Shown piece by piece: positions 35,481 to 49,740 of a stretch of 64,000 nt of DNA (positions are counted from its first letter, which is position 1; every line of letters begins with the position of its first letter). Location: positions 48,112,001 through 48,176,000 of the forward strand of contig CM060734.1 in the NCBI GenBank assembly GCA_030704615.1, read 5' to 3'. The stretch comes from Takakia lepidozioides (taxonomy: Eukaryota > Plantae > Bryophyta). The position numbers and the translations under genes were made by a program. The notes below the pieces were generated by a model that saw only the letters and a program-made list of their open reading frames with translations, ran no database searches and was not told the origin of the DNA.

Positions 35481-37479
35481 GGATGATGCAAAGATAAATG
35501 GGAGTGAGGGAGGACGACGATCTGAATGGAGTGTGCACGATGAAGACTTCAGCGCACATTGAGGATGCCCCCGAGGACGAAGACAGTCAAGGAACGGAGT
35601 GCCCCACAGCTGTAGGTGTAAAGCAGGTGACACATCATTCGGACAAAGATGCTGGTCAGAACAGGCATGTCGGCTCGACAAGAGAGATGAATAAAGTAAT
35701 GGATGAAGTGAGGATGTGCAACGATCATCCAACATAATTCATTAAAGTGATGCCACAGAAGAATGGCTGGGGGTAGTGGAAATTTCATTCGTTGATGATT
35801 CGTTGAGTTTTAAGGGAAATGAAAGGATGTGGGCACTGAATGGATGAATTATCATACTTCATCCACGGAATTATAGCTGCTTGCTGGATGAATTAAGGGT
35901 AGATTAAAAGTGATTTTGTCTTATGTTGGCTATATGAGAGGGGGATAACACCCGCAGGCTGGCCAAATCAGTTTTTAGTAAGGGATCACATGGCACCATG
36001 AGATACATTAAGGGCTGCCAGCTGACTTCCCGGAGGAGGGGAGGTGGTTAGGTAGGATTTAGGCTGGGATGGTGAGAGAGATAGTGCTTTTGACATTGGA
36101 GCTTTTGGGGAGCGCGAGGTCTCTTGGAGAGATGGATGCAACGTGATATGGAGCAAAGTGGAATGGGCATTTGTGATCAGACTTAGTTGGTACTTGGAAC
36201 TAGTGTGGAATGATGAGTGTGTTCAACCATAGAATAGAATCAAAATTTAGTAATGCATGAGTTTGATGGTTGGAATGATAGCATAGTGCAGAACTAGAGT
36301 TAGACATGACAATGACAACCAAGATCTTGAGAACACTTAGTTAGCCTGAAGGTTAGTCCAGGCAATATCCAAGTGCATAATAGATCAGTTGAGCCATATA
36401 GATAGTGAGGGATCAGATTGTTGTAGTGCCACTGCCCATATGGGTGGATAGTAGTTCTTCCAAACTAAGTTGTGTGGGATAGCACACAGAAAACATAAGT
36501 GCTAGAGTAGAGATATCCCAAGGAGAATGATGTTGTCTTCTCTTCCGCTGCGGCAACATTCTATCCAAGGGGTGTCAAAGGGTAAGACAACGTAGAGTGA
36601 ACATTTAGGTAGGCATTTCTTTTAGCCCCACACCGCCCCCTAAAGGAGAGGGAGGGTTTTTTTATTTTTTTTTTTTTTTTCTCCCTAGGCTCTCATTCTC
36701 ATTCTCCTTTATCTATTTTTTGACGTTGCCCTCTCATTCACTCCGTGACGAGATTTAGAGGACAAGGGAGGGGGTTTTTGAGCCGCTCCTCCCTTCGACC
36801 CCACTGCTCCCCGCTGCAGCTCTTTGGAAGCAGTGAGTTTTTTACGATTTTATGTTTAGTTTCTTACGCTGTTTTTTTTAAAAACTGAATGTCACACCTC
36901 AGCTGTTGAGTGCCGCACTGCAGCTGTTGAAGTTCACATATTTCAGCCATTGAGTGCCTTTATTTAGTTAAAAATAAGGGGATACAAAGTGGGAAAAAAA
37001 AACCACTAAACGTATTCATACTTACTCTTTGAATGGTAAGAACTTGAACTAACTTAGTACAATATAATATTTTATATTCTAATTTTAAGTATATTTTTGA
37101 CATTGTTGTTATTGTAGTAGATTGAAGTGTATTGGATATGAGCATGAGAGATGTGACGCAGGGTCACTCCCTCCTCTTTCCCCAAATCTTCATGTAATTT
37201 ATTATTTCACCAAGTTTTTTTTAAATTTAAATTAATATTTTTTAAATTAAATTTTAGGTGCGTATTTATTTATTAAATATGAATTAGTATTAATTACGCA
37301 GTTGTAATTTAAGCAATATTCTCATTTAGTTATTTGTTATTGTATTTGACTTAGGTGGATAATTTATGTCGAGTACACTTCAGAATCCAAGGACGTTCAT
37401 GCTTTGGATAGATGTGATACTCCAAGTTCTCAACATCTTTTGACCATACCCCAGACTCTCCGGTCCTCATCTCGGACTC

Positions 37480-37665
37480 CCTTGGTTATATCTCCCCTGA
37501 CTACATCTTGGGCTATACCGCAGGCTCCCCCGACTATGTCCCCGATTCCCCCGACTATATCCCAAGCTCCCCTACCTATACCCCGAGCTCCCCCACCTAT
37601 ACCCCGAACTATCATACCTACACTCCAAGGGAGCATAATTATATCCCAGGAGTTGAATACGAAGG
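37480..37665 (+). repeat. 21-bp coding-type repeat translating to Pol II CTD-like heptads
   Basis: YTAGSPD YVPDSPD YIPSSPT YTPSSPT YTPNYHT YTPREHN YIPGVEY. Confidence 0.7.
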
Positions 37666-40600
37666 GGGATGTACTTGTAAAAATTGTTGTACTCATATTA
37701 TTTTTTAAATTTTTAAAAAAAGTTTGTAAGGCAGTGGTTTTAATATTGGTCATTCTTAAAGTGTGGTAAGGATGATAGAGAGATGGTTGTGGGTGATGGT
37801 ACCTCTGCCAATGGATAGTGCTCGCTGGCACTAGTGGCTGATTTTCGGATCAAATCAAAGATATGATTCCGTGGGTAATGGTACCTCCATTATTAATATC
37901 GGAACCGCTAGAACTTACGGTTTTTATTTTTTATTTTTAAAATAATAAAATCGGGAACGCCAGTTTGGACGGTCTGAACCTTAATAAAAAATAATTAATA
38001 ATTTTTATGGTCGTCCTGGTATTAATAATAAAATAAATAAATTAAGTTGGGACCGCCAGCTCTGGCGGTCCCGATTTATTTTTTATTTTTTTTAAATAAA
38101 ACAAATCGGTCACGATCGCTTGACGATCGTCCCGCGGAGTCGTATGGTCGTGGACGGTAGCAGATCGCTGACGTCACCGGATGGTCGTCCATCGTCCGAT
38201 GACCCATTTAAAAGAAATCGTCTAGAAGAGGCGATTTCGACTGTACCAATGAATCGAGCCTCAACATTGAAATCGTTGAAGGAGAAGGTACATCCTCCGG
38301 AAACTACGCGGAGCAGACGGAGCAGACGACATTGTCAATAATGTATGACGAGGACCTCCCTGCAAAAGAAAAATTTGGGCGGGAACTGGAGGTATGCAAT
38401 ATCGGCAAGACTACAAATACTTGGAAGGAAATACAGAAAAAACACAGTTAAAAAACAAATTGACTTAAAATCAGTTTGAGACGTGAGATAACGCACATCA
38501 TGACACGACGTTGATATACTACGTCATTATTAGCAACCAACATGCCAACGACCAGTGGTCAATGAAGAGGGCATTGGTCCCTACCGATATGATGAGGTAG
38601 TACTAGACGCGTACCCACTTAGTAGTTGCCTGCCATCTCGCCTTCAATTTTTCTAGTTCACTTAGTATAGGCTCCACATTAATCATTTTGCTTTCATTCA
38701 CTTGTCTGTGGTAGTTTAGACTAGTCTTATTCTTGAAATCTTTATTGCAATAGTGCCCACCATCAAGAATGAAGCATGAAAAATGTGCGGTAATAGATGA
38801 GCAGATGACAAAACAGACGAGTACACTAGATAAAAATGTACGTGAAATGTAACATGATGATCATATCATTCACCATCGCTTTAGGCAGCCCCACTATCAT
38901 AGCCTCATATCCTGATATGTCAATATGTTCAAACGTAAAAAATTTCATGAGAAAAATAAGGTCGTTTTGGTCGAAGCCAGCATCGACTATTTGAAGTGAT
39001 ACAATTTTCCTACTATGAAACTCAATTTCTCTATTTTCAAAAGAAACGAAGTACATGTCATCATCGGCAATGTCTATGTCCCCCGATAATTGAACGGATG
39101 AAAAAAAAAATTCAATTAAATTGAATTTGAGTAATTCAAAATGGTCATCAACATGACATAGCGACCGTGGTGATTTTTTATTTTTATTTTTTTGCAGGGA
39201 ACCGTTGGATGACCGGCGATCACTATACAACAGTAAGACGACCGCGGGGAAACAATGGGTTTATATATATATACATTTTTTGTTCAAGCGACCATTGAGT
39301 GATCATCTGGCGACCGCTGGACGATAGTAACAGTCGAGATGATCGCGGGACGATCGTGGTTTTCGTTTTTATATTTTATATTTTGGGTCGGACGATTGTG
39401 GGACGGCCAGCCCAGCGGTCACTTGAACCAAAAATAATAAAAAAATAAAAAAATATACAGCCTCACAACTCAATTTTAAAAAAGTTAAACATAAAAATAA
39501 ATAAATAAAAATATCGTGTGTGCAATATACATAAGCCATCACCTTGATAATGTGAAAATTGGATCGCGTGAAACTAACGTAAGTAAAAATAAATTACTCG
39601 ATGTAAATCAGTTTTATGTGTGACATCCGATGTGACGCTGATGTGTTTGCGTCATGTCATGTCATAATTGACAATTGGATTTTATATTATTTTTAACCTT
39701 TAGAGAAAAGATAAAAAATAAAAATAAAATTTTATTTATGTTCGTTCTAAGGATTTTTAGAGTCGCTCTAAGAAATCCTCGGAGCGAGGAAATACAAAAA
39801 TAAAATTACTGTATATATATTCGTTCTAAGGATTTCTTCAAAAAACTTTACAGTGATAAAATGTAAAAACAAAACCAAAACATAATTTACATTCCCTCTG
39901 AGGATTTCTTGGAGCCGCTCTAAAACATCCTTAGATCAATTAAAAAAATTATTAGTAATGGTTGCAAAGATTTAGAAGCTAATTATTAGATTATATATAG
40001 AGGTAAGCGCCACAATAGATAGATTGTTAACATTTACTATATAATATTTATCATTGTTGATTCAATGTATCAACTTTCATCATTATATTTATAGATCACA
40101 TGTACTATTCATTTTTGAGAACTGACAAAATATATAGTTTGTCACCATTTATTGCAAAGAAACAAAATTTGTTCTCGATAAACATTCAAATGTTTTTTAA
40201 TGGCGACCTACGTCACGTTTGTTGTTTTATAATAAAAATAAGTACATATGAGAGATAAAAAAAATGTCACATCAGCAGCCATATCACAATGATTAACACA
40301 TAGACATATTAACAAGATTATAGTTATTTAAGTTAACATCCTATTTGGGTCACAATCGCGACTGTGTGTAGGAGCTAACGTCTACAGGGCCCGTCGGAGG
40401 ATTCATGAGTTGTTTTTTGATTCGGTTGTTTCCTTTGCTGACGAATATATTTTTATTGGGAACCCTGGGAGCATATTGATATAAATGGTAGATTTTCATG
40501 TAGCACCAGATTATCAATCAGGTACTTAAAGGACCATTGTAATATCAATTGGTATTTCTAAACCGCATTTGGTTCAAGTTAGTAGCCTACTTGAGTCACG

Positions 40601-40754
40601 ATCACAACTGTGTGTAAGAGCTAACATCCATAAGGAACCTTGGTAGCATATTAATGTGAAATTAAATGTCATATTAAATAAATAAAAAATTCTATGCGAG
40701 TAGCGACCGTGCACAAATTTTGAAAAAAGACAAACAATTTTATTCCCATGAAAA

Positions 40755-41475
40755 TAGGTGCAACCGCCAATTCTAGCCCGTCACACATATTTAAGAAATA
40801 AAAAATTATATGCAGCCGCCAGTCTTGGCGGTTCTACCAATATTAGAAAAAAAAAACTGTTATTTATTTATTTATTTATTTTCCTAAAAATGGGTGTAAC
40901 CTCTAATTATGGAAAGCAAATCCCCAGTTTGAAGGCACTGTCCAATATCGGCGGTCGCAACATTTGTTTTTTTATTAATAAATACATGTAGTTAATTTAT
41001 TATATTTATAAATGCATGCGACCGCCAATAATGGCAGTCGCAGCAATTGTTTTATTTTTTAAATATATTACGACTGTCAATATTGGATGCTTTGCGACCA
41101 TCACTATTAGATGTCGCATGTTTTAATTTTTTAATTTTATCAAAGAAACATGTGACCGCCAATATTGGCAGTCACATGCTTTTTCATTTTTTTTAAAAAT
41201 GCATGCAACTGTCATTATTGGGAGTCACAAGCTTTTTTTAAATTTCATAATTGGCGGTCACATATTTATTCTTTGATTTTTTGGTTTTTCATTTTAGGTT
41301 TTACGTTGTAGATTTTTAGGTTTTGTCGGATTTTCTTAAATGCGTGCGATCGTCAATATGGATGGTCACATATTTTTAAAAATACAAAAAATGGTACGAC
41401 CGTAATATTGACGGTTGTATGTATTTTTTTTAAAAAAAATGCAGCGACCGCCAATGTTGACGGTCGCATGTATTT
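40755..41475. repeat. Cluster of degenerate hairpins TGCGACCGCCAATATTGGCGGTCGCA in A/T-rich spacers
   Basis: About 12 copies (e.g. ~40812, 41017, 41150, 41445); related copies at ~37955, 38048 and 42870-43045. Confidence 0.8.
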
Positions 41476-44400
41476 AAGAAAAAATGTTAGTCCCTAGAGA
41501 AAGATTAATGAATACTTGAGTGGTCTTAGAGCCATCATTGGACGGAGAAAAGTTCTCGACGTTCTTAACATTGGAGCGCGCTCCCAGTGAGTTCCCTTGA
41601 TCCCATGGAGGTGCCATAATTTGAATATTTGGGATCCTTATGACACTCCCCATCCAATGAGTATTTTCTTAATTAATATTATTTTGTTATTTTTAATCAT
41701 TATTATGTATTGTTTATTCTGCAGAAATAGCCATTGGGCTATTGAATTATTCGGACTCCTTTAAAACTGCAAATTGAGTTTAATCCTTAAGCGATGAAAG
41801 CTGTTTTGGCACTTTTGGACAAATTTTAGGCCCACCCGGTGGACACGGATGCCCCTATTTGCCTACCCCTTTCCATCCACAGGAATGAACTATTGGAACT
41901 CATCCCCACCTACTAGATACACAGACACCCCAAATCTCGGCAAATTCCACCGTTCCGGTTGGGATATTACAACAAATGAAAATAGTGCATTTTGAGCCAA
42001 ATACAAAAAATTGACCTCAAATCCACATTTAGGCAAGGCCCTGGGCAATGTTTGAGAACATTTTCTGGGTAACTGCCGTCCATATTCCTTTGAAAAGTCA
42101 CGTCCCAGAGCCCCTGTCCAAAATTTAGGTAAAACCTCCAAGAATTGGGAAGAGAGGTTTGCTTTGTATGTGAATAAGGATGGGCTAAAATGATAGACAT
42201 TTCATTGTGACTTCAAATTTGGAACCAAATTGGATTGACAATGGTCAATGTGTGCAGTGCCTACATTTAAAGTACGCTGCCCAAAAATCAAAGAAATTAT
42301 AGCAAAATTACATCAAGAATGGAGGTATCTGTGATTTTCCCAGCCAACTAAAGAACAGACAAATACTTGCGGGAATCGCCATTAAATCATACATTCCCTT
42401 GCACATGTATCTGTCACATCCCAGGTCAACACCCCCCATTCCACCCAAAAATCCACAACCCCCATGCTCCCAATGAGGAGCTATAAAATCCTTTGTATAG
42501 AGAACTTTGCAGGCTGCGTTTTTTTCACTCAGAGAATGCCTTCATCCGACTTCATCCGACTTCATCCGACAACGCTACACACGGAGGAGACGATCCGTTT
42601 CGGGTCGCCTCGTCATTTAGGGGTTGGGGGAGGGACTTGGCCCGTCTTTGAGGGTGGTTTAAACTGAAACACCCGGAAATTGGAATGACATTGAGAAGAG
42701 ATATTTATCTTTCTTACCTGAGTCCGGTCAGGCGCTTCGGTAATTGATAGAAATTTCATTTGGCTATAAGCGCCTTGGGGGCTTAGGCTCGTAAGAACTA
42801 GATAACAAACCCAAAGACTTGAAAGATGATTAACATATAAAAAGATCGTAGGATTAATTTGAAATTATGTGCGACCACCAAAATCAGATAGTCGTAGGTT
42901 AAAAGTTTTTGTAATAAAAATACATGCGACCTCTAAAATTCGACAATCGTTTATTTTGAAAAACATATGTGCAACAACACAAATTTGGCAATCGCATATA
43001 AATATTTTCTGAAAAATAAGTAGGACCGCCAAAATTCAGCGGTCACTTGTAATTTAATTTTTTAATTAAACGTAATAGTGGAAAAAAAAAAACGTAAAAG
43101 ATTTAAGAAAATTTACAAGTTTTTGGACGTGACACAATGTATGTCTGGACTTTACTTTCGATGAGGCAACGCCACATCACGTCCATTTGTGCAACCCTAC
43201 GACCAAGGCTTGAGTTTAAAAAAAATTCAGTCGAATATAATTTTTTGCTTGAAGCTTGTGAGAATGCACATTGGCTAGAAGTTTTTTCAAAGTCACAATT
43301 ACTGTGTTTAATCTATCATGTCTTTCAAAAGTGTCGCTTCGAAGATCAAAGGTCAAAGTATCAATTATCGTCATTATAGATGTATGATGTTTTTTTTATC
43401 TGTTTAACATAAACAGTATGCCAAAAATTATAGACCGTCGTGTTTTTGCATGTAATGTGCAGAGTGTCATCACGTAGAACTTTTTCCAATTGTGCGTTGG
43501 TAACGAACATACTGATAATGTTGTCATTTCTAATCATGTGTATCATGACATCGTAGATATCATTTTGTGGTGTGGTCAGCTTGGATGTCTGACCACGACT
43601 GTCATGGCGTATCGTTCAGCTTTGAGTGTTTTGGAGAAGATATTTTTGTCACTTAGACTTTGGAAATGCTCGGCCACTTCGCAGCGCAATCCATGCAATA
43701 AGATAAAGCTTCAATATCTTCCGATGTTGTGTAAAGAAAACCAAAGTTAGACTACATGGTAGGCTTACCAACATACAGAATTTTAAAGTTAACCCCAGCA
43801 TTGTTTGTCTCGTAGACGAAATTTAGACTTACATCTTTGTGTTGCTTGAGTTTCCTATTTTTGTTCCTTGTTTTGAGCGAATAATACATCTTGAAAATGG
43901 TCCCAAGAGCGGATAAATGATTTGGTATCCAGAGCGCTGTTGCTGTCTTCATTGAACTTAAATACATTTTTTTGTGATTGTTTCATGAAGTTCTTGCGGA
44001 CAAATTTTGTAGATGTTATATACCCGAATGTCTTGGGCACCTTTCTCTCCTCAACAACAAAGATCACTAGCATTGGAGACTGCATGTTTACTTGGGTCTC
44101 CACTTCCTTCACGTGTGCGTACTTGAGCTCTATAACATTAACTTTCGTCTTGTACTGAAATCGGAGCTTGTGTTCTGGAGGTTTCCCATCGACTTGAATG
44201 CCCCAGTCTTTTATGTCGCTCTTCAGCATCCCCAGGATACAAGACCAAACATGTAGCTATGCAATCTGGGTGTATGGTAGTCCTTCCATGATTAAGCCTT
44301 AACGTGGAGAGAAAGTCTGTCTCCGGTGCTTTCTGTTTTAAAACTTTTTTCAATTTTGCCTAAATATATGATTGCCTTCCGCTAAGAGGTGGAGTAAGAA

Positions 44401-47400
44401 ATGTGAGTGTTGAACATCTTGTAGGGGGTGTGGCGGAGCTTTACTGTGGAGGATGTTTTCTCAGCCTTTCCCGGATACCATGTTTACAATGAAAATTATT
44501 ATTGCTGGCTGTGGAGACAATTGAGAGCGGATATGTGTAGTTGGTTCAAATAGGGATAGAAGTTGTGGAGGTATATTGAAGGGATGGATGTTTTAGGGTT
44601 TTGTTAAGAAGTAATTTTGAGTGGATATATTGGATGACGTAATTAAAGGGTCGTAGACATTAGGTATTATGATTTGAGGACAAATTATATTTATTGGCTA
44701 TGGATAGTGGGTCTGTCATTCATATCATTAAATATAGACGAGGAACTTGCAATGTATTTAGATGTAATATAGTGTATGTGTACTTGTAATAGTGTTGGGT
44801 TTTAATTTATGTGCCAAGGGTATATGGAGCCCAAGGTACATGGATATTATTTTTATTAATATTATGGAGGAACCTAATTCATTTCCACATGCGAACAGGT
44901 GAATCGACAACCCTCTATCCGATAATCGTCCCAAACAATATCAAATAATTCTGTTACGAAATCAATAAGTAACGAAAATTGCTCCCAACATTGTCTCGAG
45001 CTATCCATATCTATTCGTTTTCGCAACATATATATCTGTTTGATTTTAATTTTAATTTTTTTTAATCATTTTCATTAAATTAGGCTGAGTGATACGAGGC
45101 ACAATTGAATCCATCGCGCTTTACTAAAACTCTCATGATCACCATAATTATTAAATTCATAATTATTTTTTATTGCTCGTTAAACTAAACACCAAACCAA
45201 ATAATTTTCAAATTTATCAGCTTTTCGAACTTCATTCATCAAACTCAAATATTCAACCATCTCGAAATTCTTCCCTTAGTGACTCAGGGGTTATAGATCA
45301 AATCAAATGAGTTATAAGAGCCTTCTATCCGTACACGACCTTTTCAATCAAAAACTCCCGTCCTCATGGTTTATTGCCAAAACGTGGGACTCAACCAATG
45401 TGTTAGTTTGACAACCATGAAATCATGGAAGCAATGTCATTTCACCATAAGAATTGATTTAAATTATAAGCACATAGCCAAATTATCAGTGTCAGTGACG
45501 TTAGGTCATGTCGGACCTAATCTTGATGCGGTCTGCGTCACATCAGTTTAGAGACATATAAATATAAATTTTATAGGGATAAAAAATGTGACTCGTAAGT
45601 GTGTAATATATACATCTCCCGTAAAATTCTACGTAAATATACTTTATTTTGATTTGTGTTAAAAAAAATTTGGAAGATGGTTTGACAATCGTCTGGCCGT
45701 CGCGCAACTGTCCTCCCGGCCATTGCCTAACAGTCACCCAGAGAAGGGGAAAAAAAAAACCAAAAAAAATAACAACGGCCAGAGCCAGTGTCCTGCGGTC
45801 GCTCGAACCCACAAAAATAAAAATAAAATAGCGTATTTACCATAACTTGGAGGTCGCCCAACTGTTACCCAGCAGTCAACGTTAAATTAAAAAATAAATA
45901 AAATAAAAACATAGTCACTGTTGTCCGCCGCCGGACGGTAGCCCAACTGTCATCCAACGGTTGTTTGAACCCCCCCAAAAAAGAAAAAATCGTATAGCCG
46001 ACCGCCGAACGCACAACGATAGTCCGACCGTCGCCGTCGCCCATGGATCCATTGAACCCAAAAAAAAAAAAATAAATTAAAACTGTCGTAGTCACAATCG
46101 TCCGCCACTAGACTATCACCCTGAGGTTGTCCTGCTGTCGTCCATTGCCGGACGGTCGCGTGGAGGTCACCCAACCATCGGAAATGCTAGATCGTGAGCC
46201 TTTGCAATGTGCATATTTTCGCGAAAAATGAATTTCCATTGCCACCTATTCAGGACTCAACCGCTCAATGACATCTGTATTTACACAGACGTTGGTCGTG
46301 TTCCGCGACCGTTGGTAGGTGTCGAAGACCAACGTCCGGTCTTTCCCAAACGCCACTAACGGAAGTAGGTCTTATATGCTTGCTGAGGGGTGGTGGAGCT
46401 GTTGGGCATAGATGAATTGATTTTGAAAGCCAACAACACACATGACTGCAACTACTGCCTCTGATCTATGACACGAACAAAGATCAAGAGCAAGTTGGGA
46501 ATACATTCTAAGTGTCATTGCCTCAGCGTACACAGGCAAACAAAAAGTTTGGGGGGGGCTATGGAGAGTTGATTCTATCCATAATACTTGTCTTTTTGAT
46601 TTATCCAAACACATGTTTTTCCTGAAGAGGAGGACAAGGAATGAGAAACCATCCAATACTCGTGGTTATTTAAATATCCATGCAGACTGAAACGTTCGAC
46701 TGAAAGAAGACATACTTACATGAAAATCATTTTCCACCTTCTTGTCCTCGGGTTCCCCTTTATGATGCAACTGGATTAGGACCTGGAGGGCACTGGAAAA
46801 ACAAAAGCAAAAGATTAAAAATAGAATAAAAACAAAAACAAAAGAACTCACAAGCTACTTGGAGTCTGGCTTTGTGACACTTGACAATGCTCCTTTCTGC
46901 CAAGCTACCCCTTTTTCTCTGCCTCAAGGTACTGCGGCTACTAGTAGCGGGTCGGTTTGCTCACCGCGGCTGCAGCTGCTCGGTCGGGCTCTCTCTTCTC
47001 TCACACACAGAGTGCACACACAAGTTTAGGGTTTCTCTCTTACACCCACACTCTTTCTCTCTCTCCCTACGTTGCTCACACACACACACACACATGGTGT
47101 CTCCCTCTCTCTCCCAGCGTTGACAGCCTAGCTGCAGAGCCTTCAGCTCGAGGTGGTAAACCAAAAATAATCGGGGAGTATGCATCCTCCCCATATGTAG
47201 TCTTTGGTGTCACAACCATCGGATCAAACCTATGATCCGACGACTGTGGCAATGGGGATTGAATTTGCTAATTTCATGGATAGATGGGCATGGAATCATC
47301 ATCCATCCATCTACATATTCATCCATCTCCCATGCAAATTAATCCATTCAACATTATGGCGGGTATGTCGGCGCCTTGAAAAATATTAATGACATTAATG

Positions 47401-48142
47401 ACGTATTTATAACCTAGGGGGCGACAGCTCCTGTCAAGGCTCCCATAAAGAGTGCGAGCTCCACATATGGGATCCCCACATGGGCTCTTACATCAACTCT
47501 AATTCGTTTATTAATCATAGGTCCAAGGTTCGAACCTCCATATTCTTTGCATTCTTTTTTTTATCCAGCTATAAATATTGAATTGGGCACAAGTTTATTT
47601 TGTAAGACATAAAAATAAAAAGCTCCGGGGAGGATAGGATGTGGGTTCAAACCTGGAACCAATATCAATGCTAACTAACTAATTAATGATATATATATAA
47701 GTTAGTATTTATATATATATTTAGTTAGTTAGTTAGTTAGGATTTTGGGAGAAGAAATTGGGTCTCCTAAAATGATGGTGAGTCTTTTATTTTTTCGTTT
47801 TTTACAATCCTAAAGCACAAAGATGTCTGCATTTGTGTATTTTTCTAGGTACTGTATCGAGTGGAACAAACAAGTTCGTTAATCCCTGCTAAACATGGGG
47901 ATTTTGGGATCCCCTAAGCCAAACACACGCCTCACAACATTGTAATTCGCCTGAGCGATTTTGATGTGCCAGAAATGGTTTGACAATTTATGACGTAGTC
48001 ACTCAGGATTGTGTCAATTTCTAGATATGTACCTTGGTATGGCTTATAGAGGACGCAATTTGTTTGTTAGCCTCATGAGTAAGTATTTTGACGAGGTTAT
48101 GGATTGGTCTGGGATCAGTGGATTTAGTACAACGTATATGAG

Positions 48143-48430
48143 CTAGAATGAGTGGATATGTGCAATGTGGATGGGATCCGACTTAGGGCCAACTGGGGGT
48201 CGGCCGGTGGCCCCTTGCTGGGCAAGGAAATCGGCCGTCTCATTGCCGGTAATACCAGTATGCGAGCGGACTTTGATAAGATGGATATGGTGGTTTAAGG
48301 AGATGACGAGATTGACAATGGCAGCAATGAGATTCCGGTCCGGGTGGTTGTGGTGGAAAGAGGGTCGGGAAAGGTGGTTGCGAATGAGGAAGAATGAGGT
48401 CAAACTGTCCGTAAAAATGTAGTATGGAGG
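48143..48430 (-). mobile_element. RNase H domain of a non-LTR retrotransposon (fragment)
   Basis: FTDSLTS...HPDRNLI...IHLIKVRSHTGITGNETADFLAQQGA. Confidence 0.85.
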
Positions 48431-49239
48431 GGGGTGAGATATCTATATTCACCAAACCACTTTGAGTTACAACGAGATCGATACACTTCTGCAGCGGGAT
48501 ACTAGCACGTAGGACCATGTGGGATTACAAATATTTGCTTACATAATTTGGTCCATTGTTTTTTGTGTGTATGCATCATTGGAGCAGAGCCATTCGTTAC
48601 ATGTTCCACTGTATGTTTCAAATTATATACTTCTATAAAAGCTTCGATTGTGAACTCAGTATTGTGCTTATGTCTGGACAGTACAACATTTCAGTCTTGA
48701 AGTCTCTTGTCATTGTCGGTTTGTTTTGAATATGCAGCATAAGTTGGCATATTGGAAAACATTCCAATCATGGAGTATCTTTTCATTGTCGGTTTGTTTG
48801 AAATATGCAGCATAAGTTGGGAGACTGTAAATGCCTATTCTCATGGTTATAGGTTCATCGGGTATAGGCACCGTTTCTTTCGTCACATGTCATCTGACGT
48901 CTGCTGAAGTGGCAGACGCTCACGTTGACGTGGCGTGAGCGTAGGATGTCATGTCAGTAAAGCGTGAGCCTGGGCTTACCTGCTCACGGCCTACGCTCAT
49001 GTTGTAGCGCGTCTGCCTAACCATCGCCCGACGGGTCTGTATTTTCCATGAGCGATGAACAGACGAGCCATGAGCAAAGTTTTCAAACCTACCCCGAAGC
49101 AAACCCGAAGCCAAATTCCAGGTTTGGGATAGGCTCGAGATACGAGCAAAGCTGAAGGACCAAGGTTATATCTCTAAAGATGACTAAAAGTACGGTATTA
49201 GAAGGTGTACCACCTATACCCGCGCGGACAAAACAGAAA

Positions 49240-49740
49240 ATGGACAGTCGGAAATCTGTGTCGACTTCTCCAAATATATATATATATATATATCTGAAAA
49301 TGGCCAGCCGGAAGGCTGTGCCGACTTCTCAAAAAAAAAAAAACTAAAAAAAAACAGCCGGAAGTCTGTGCGGACTTCTCAAATAAAAATAAAAATAAAT
49401 GAAAATGGGCTTAAAAAACGGAAATGGGTTAATAAAACGGAAAATGAGCCAAAAAAACAGAAAATGGGCAGCCGGAAGTCTGTGCCGACTTCTATAAAAA
49501 ATAAAAAATAAAAAATAAAAAATAAAAAATAAAAACTGAAAATGGACACCCGAAAGTCTGTGCCGACTTCTCCCTTAAAAAAAAAAAAACACATCAGGAA
49601 GTCTATGCCGACTTCCAAAAAAAAAACCCGCGGTCTTCACATGGCCAGGTGGGACTGCGGTTGTAGAAGAAACACCTATTCCCGGGGTTGCCCCAACTCG
49701 TTTGCAAGAGCAAAAATGCTCTCTAAGTCGGCACCGACGC
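49240..49740. repeat. Repeated hairpin GGAAGTCTGTGCCGACTTC separated by A-tracts
   Basis: Copies at ~49250, 49310, 49360, 49474, 49551, 49597, plus a partial inverted copy at ~49725. Confidence 0.85.

Noticed and set aside
35770-36560. Gypsy 3' LTR after purine-rich tracts
   Set aside because: Plausible, but there is no second LTR copy or clear TG...CA boundary in the window.
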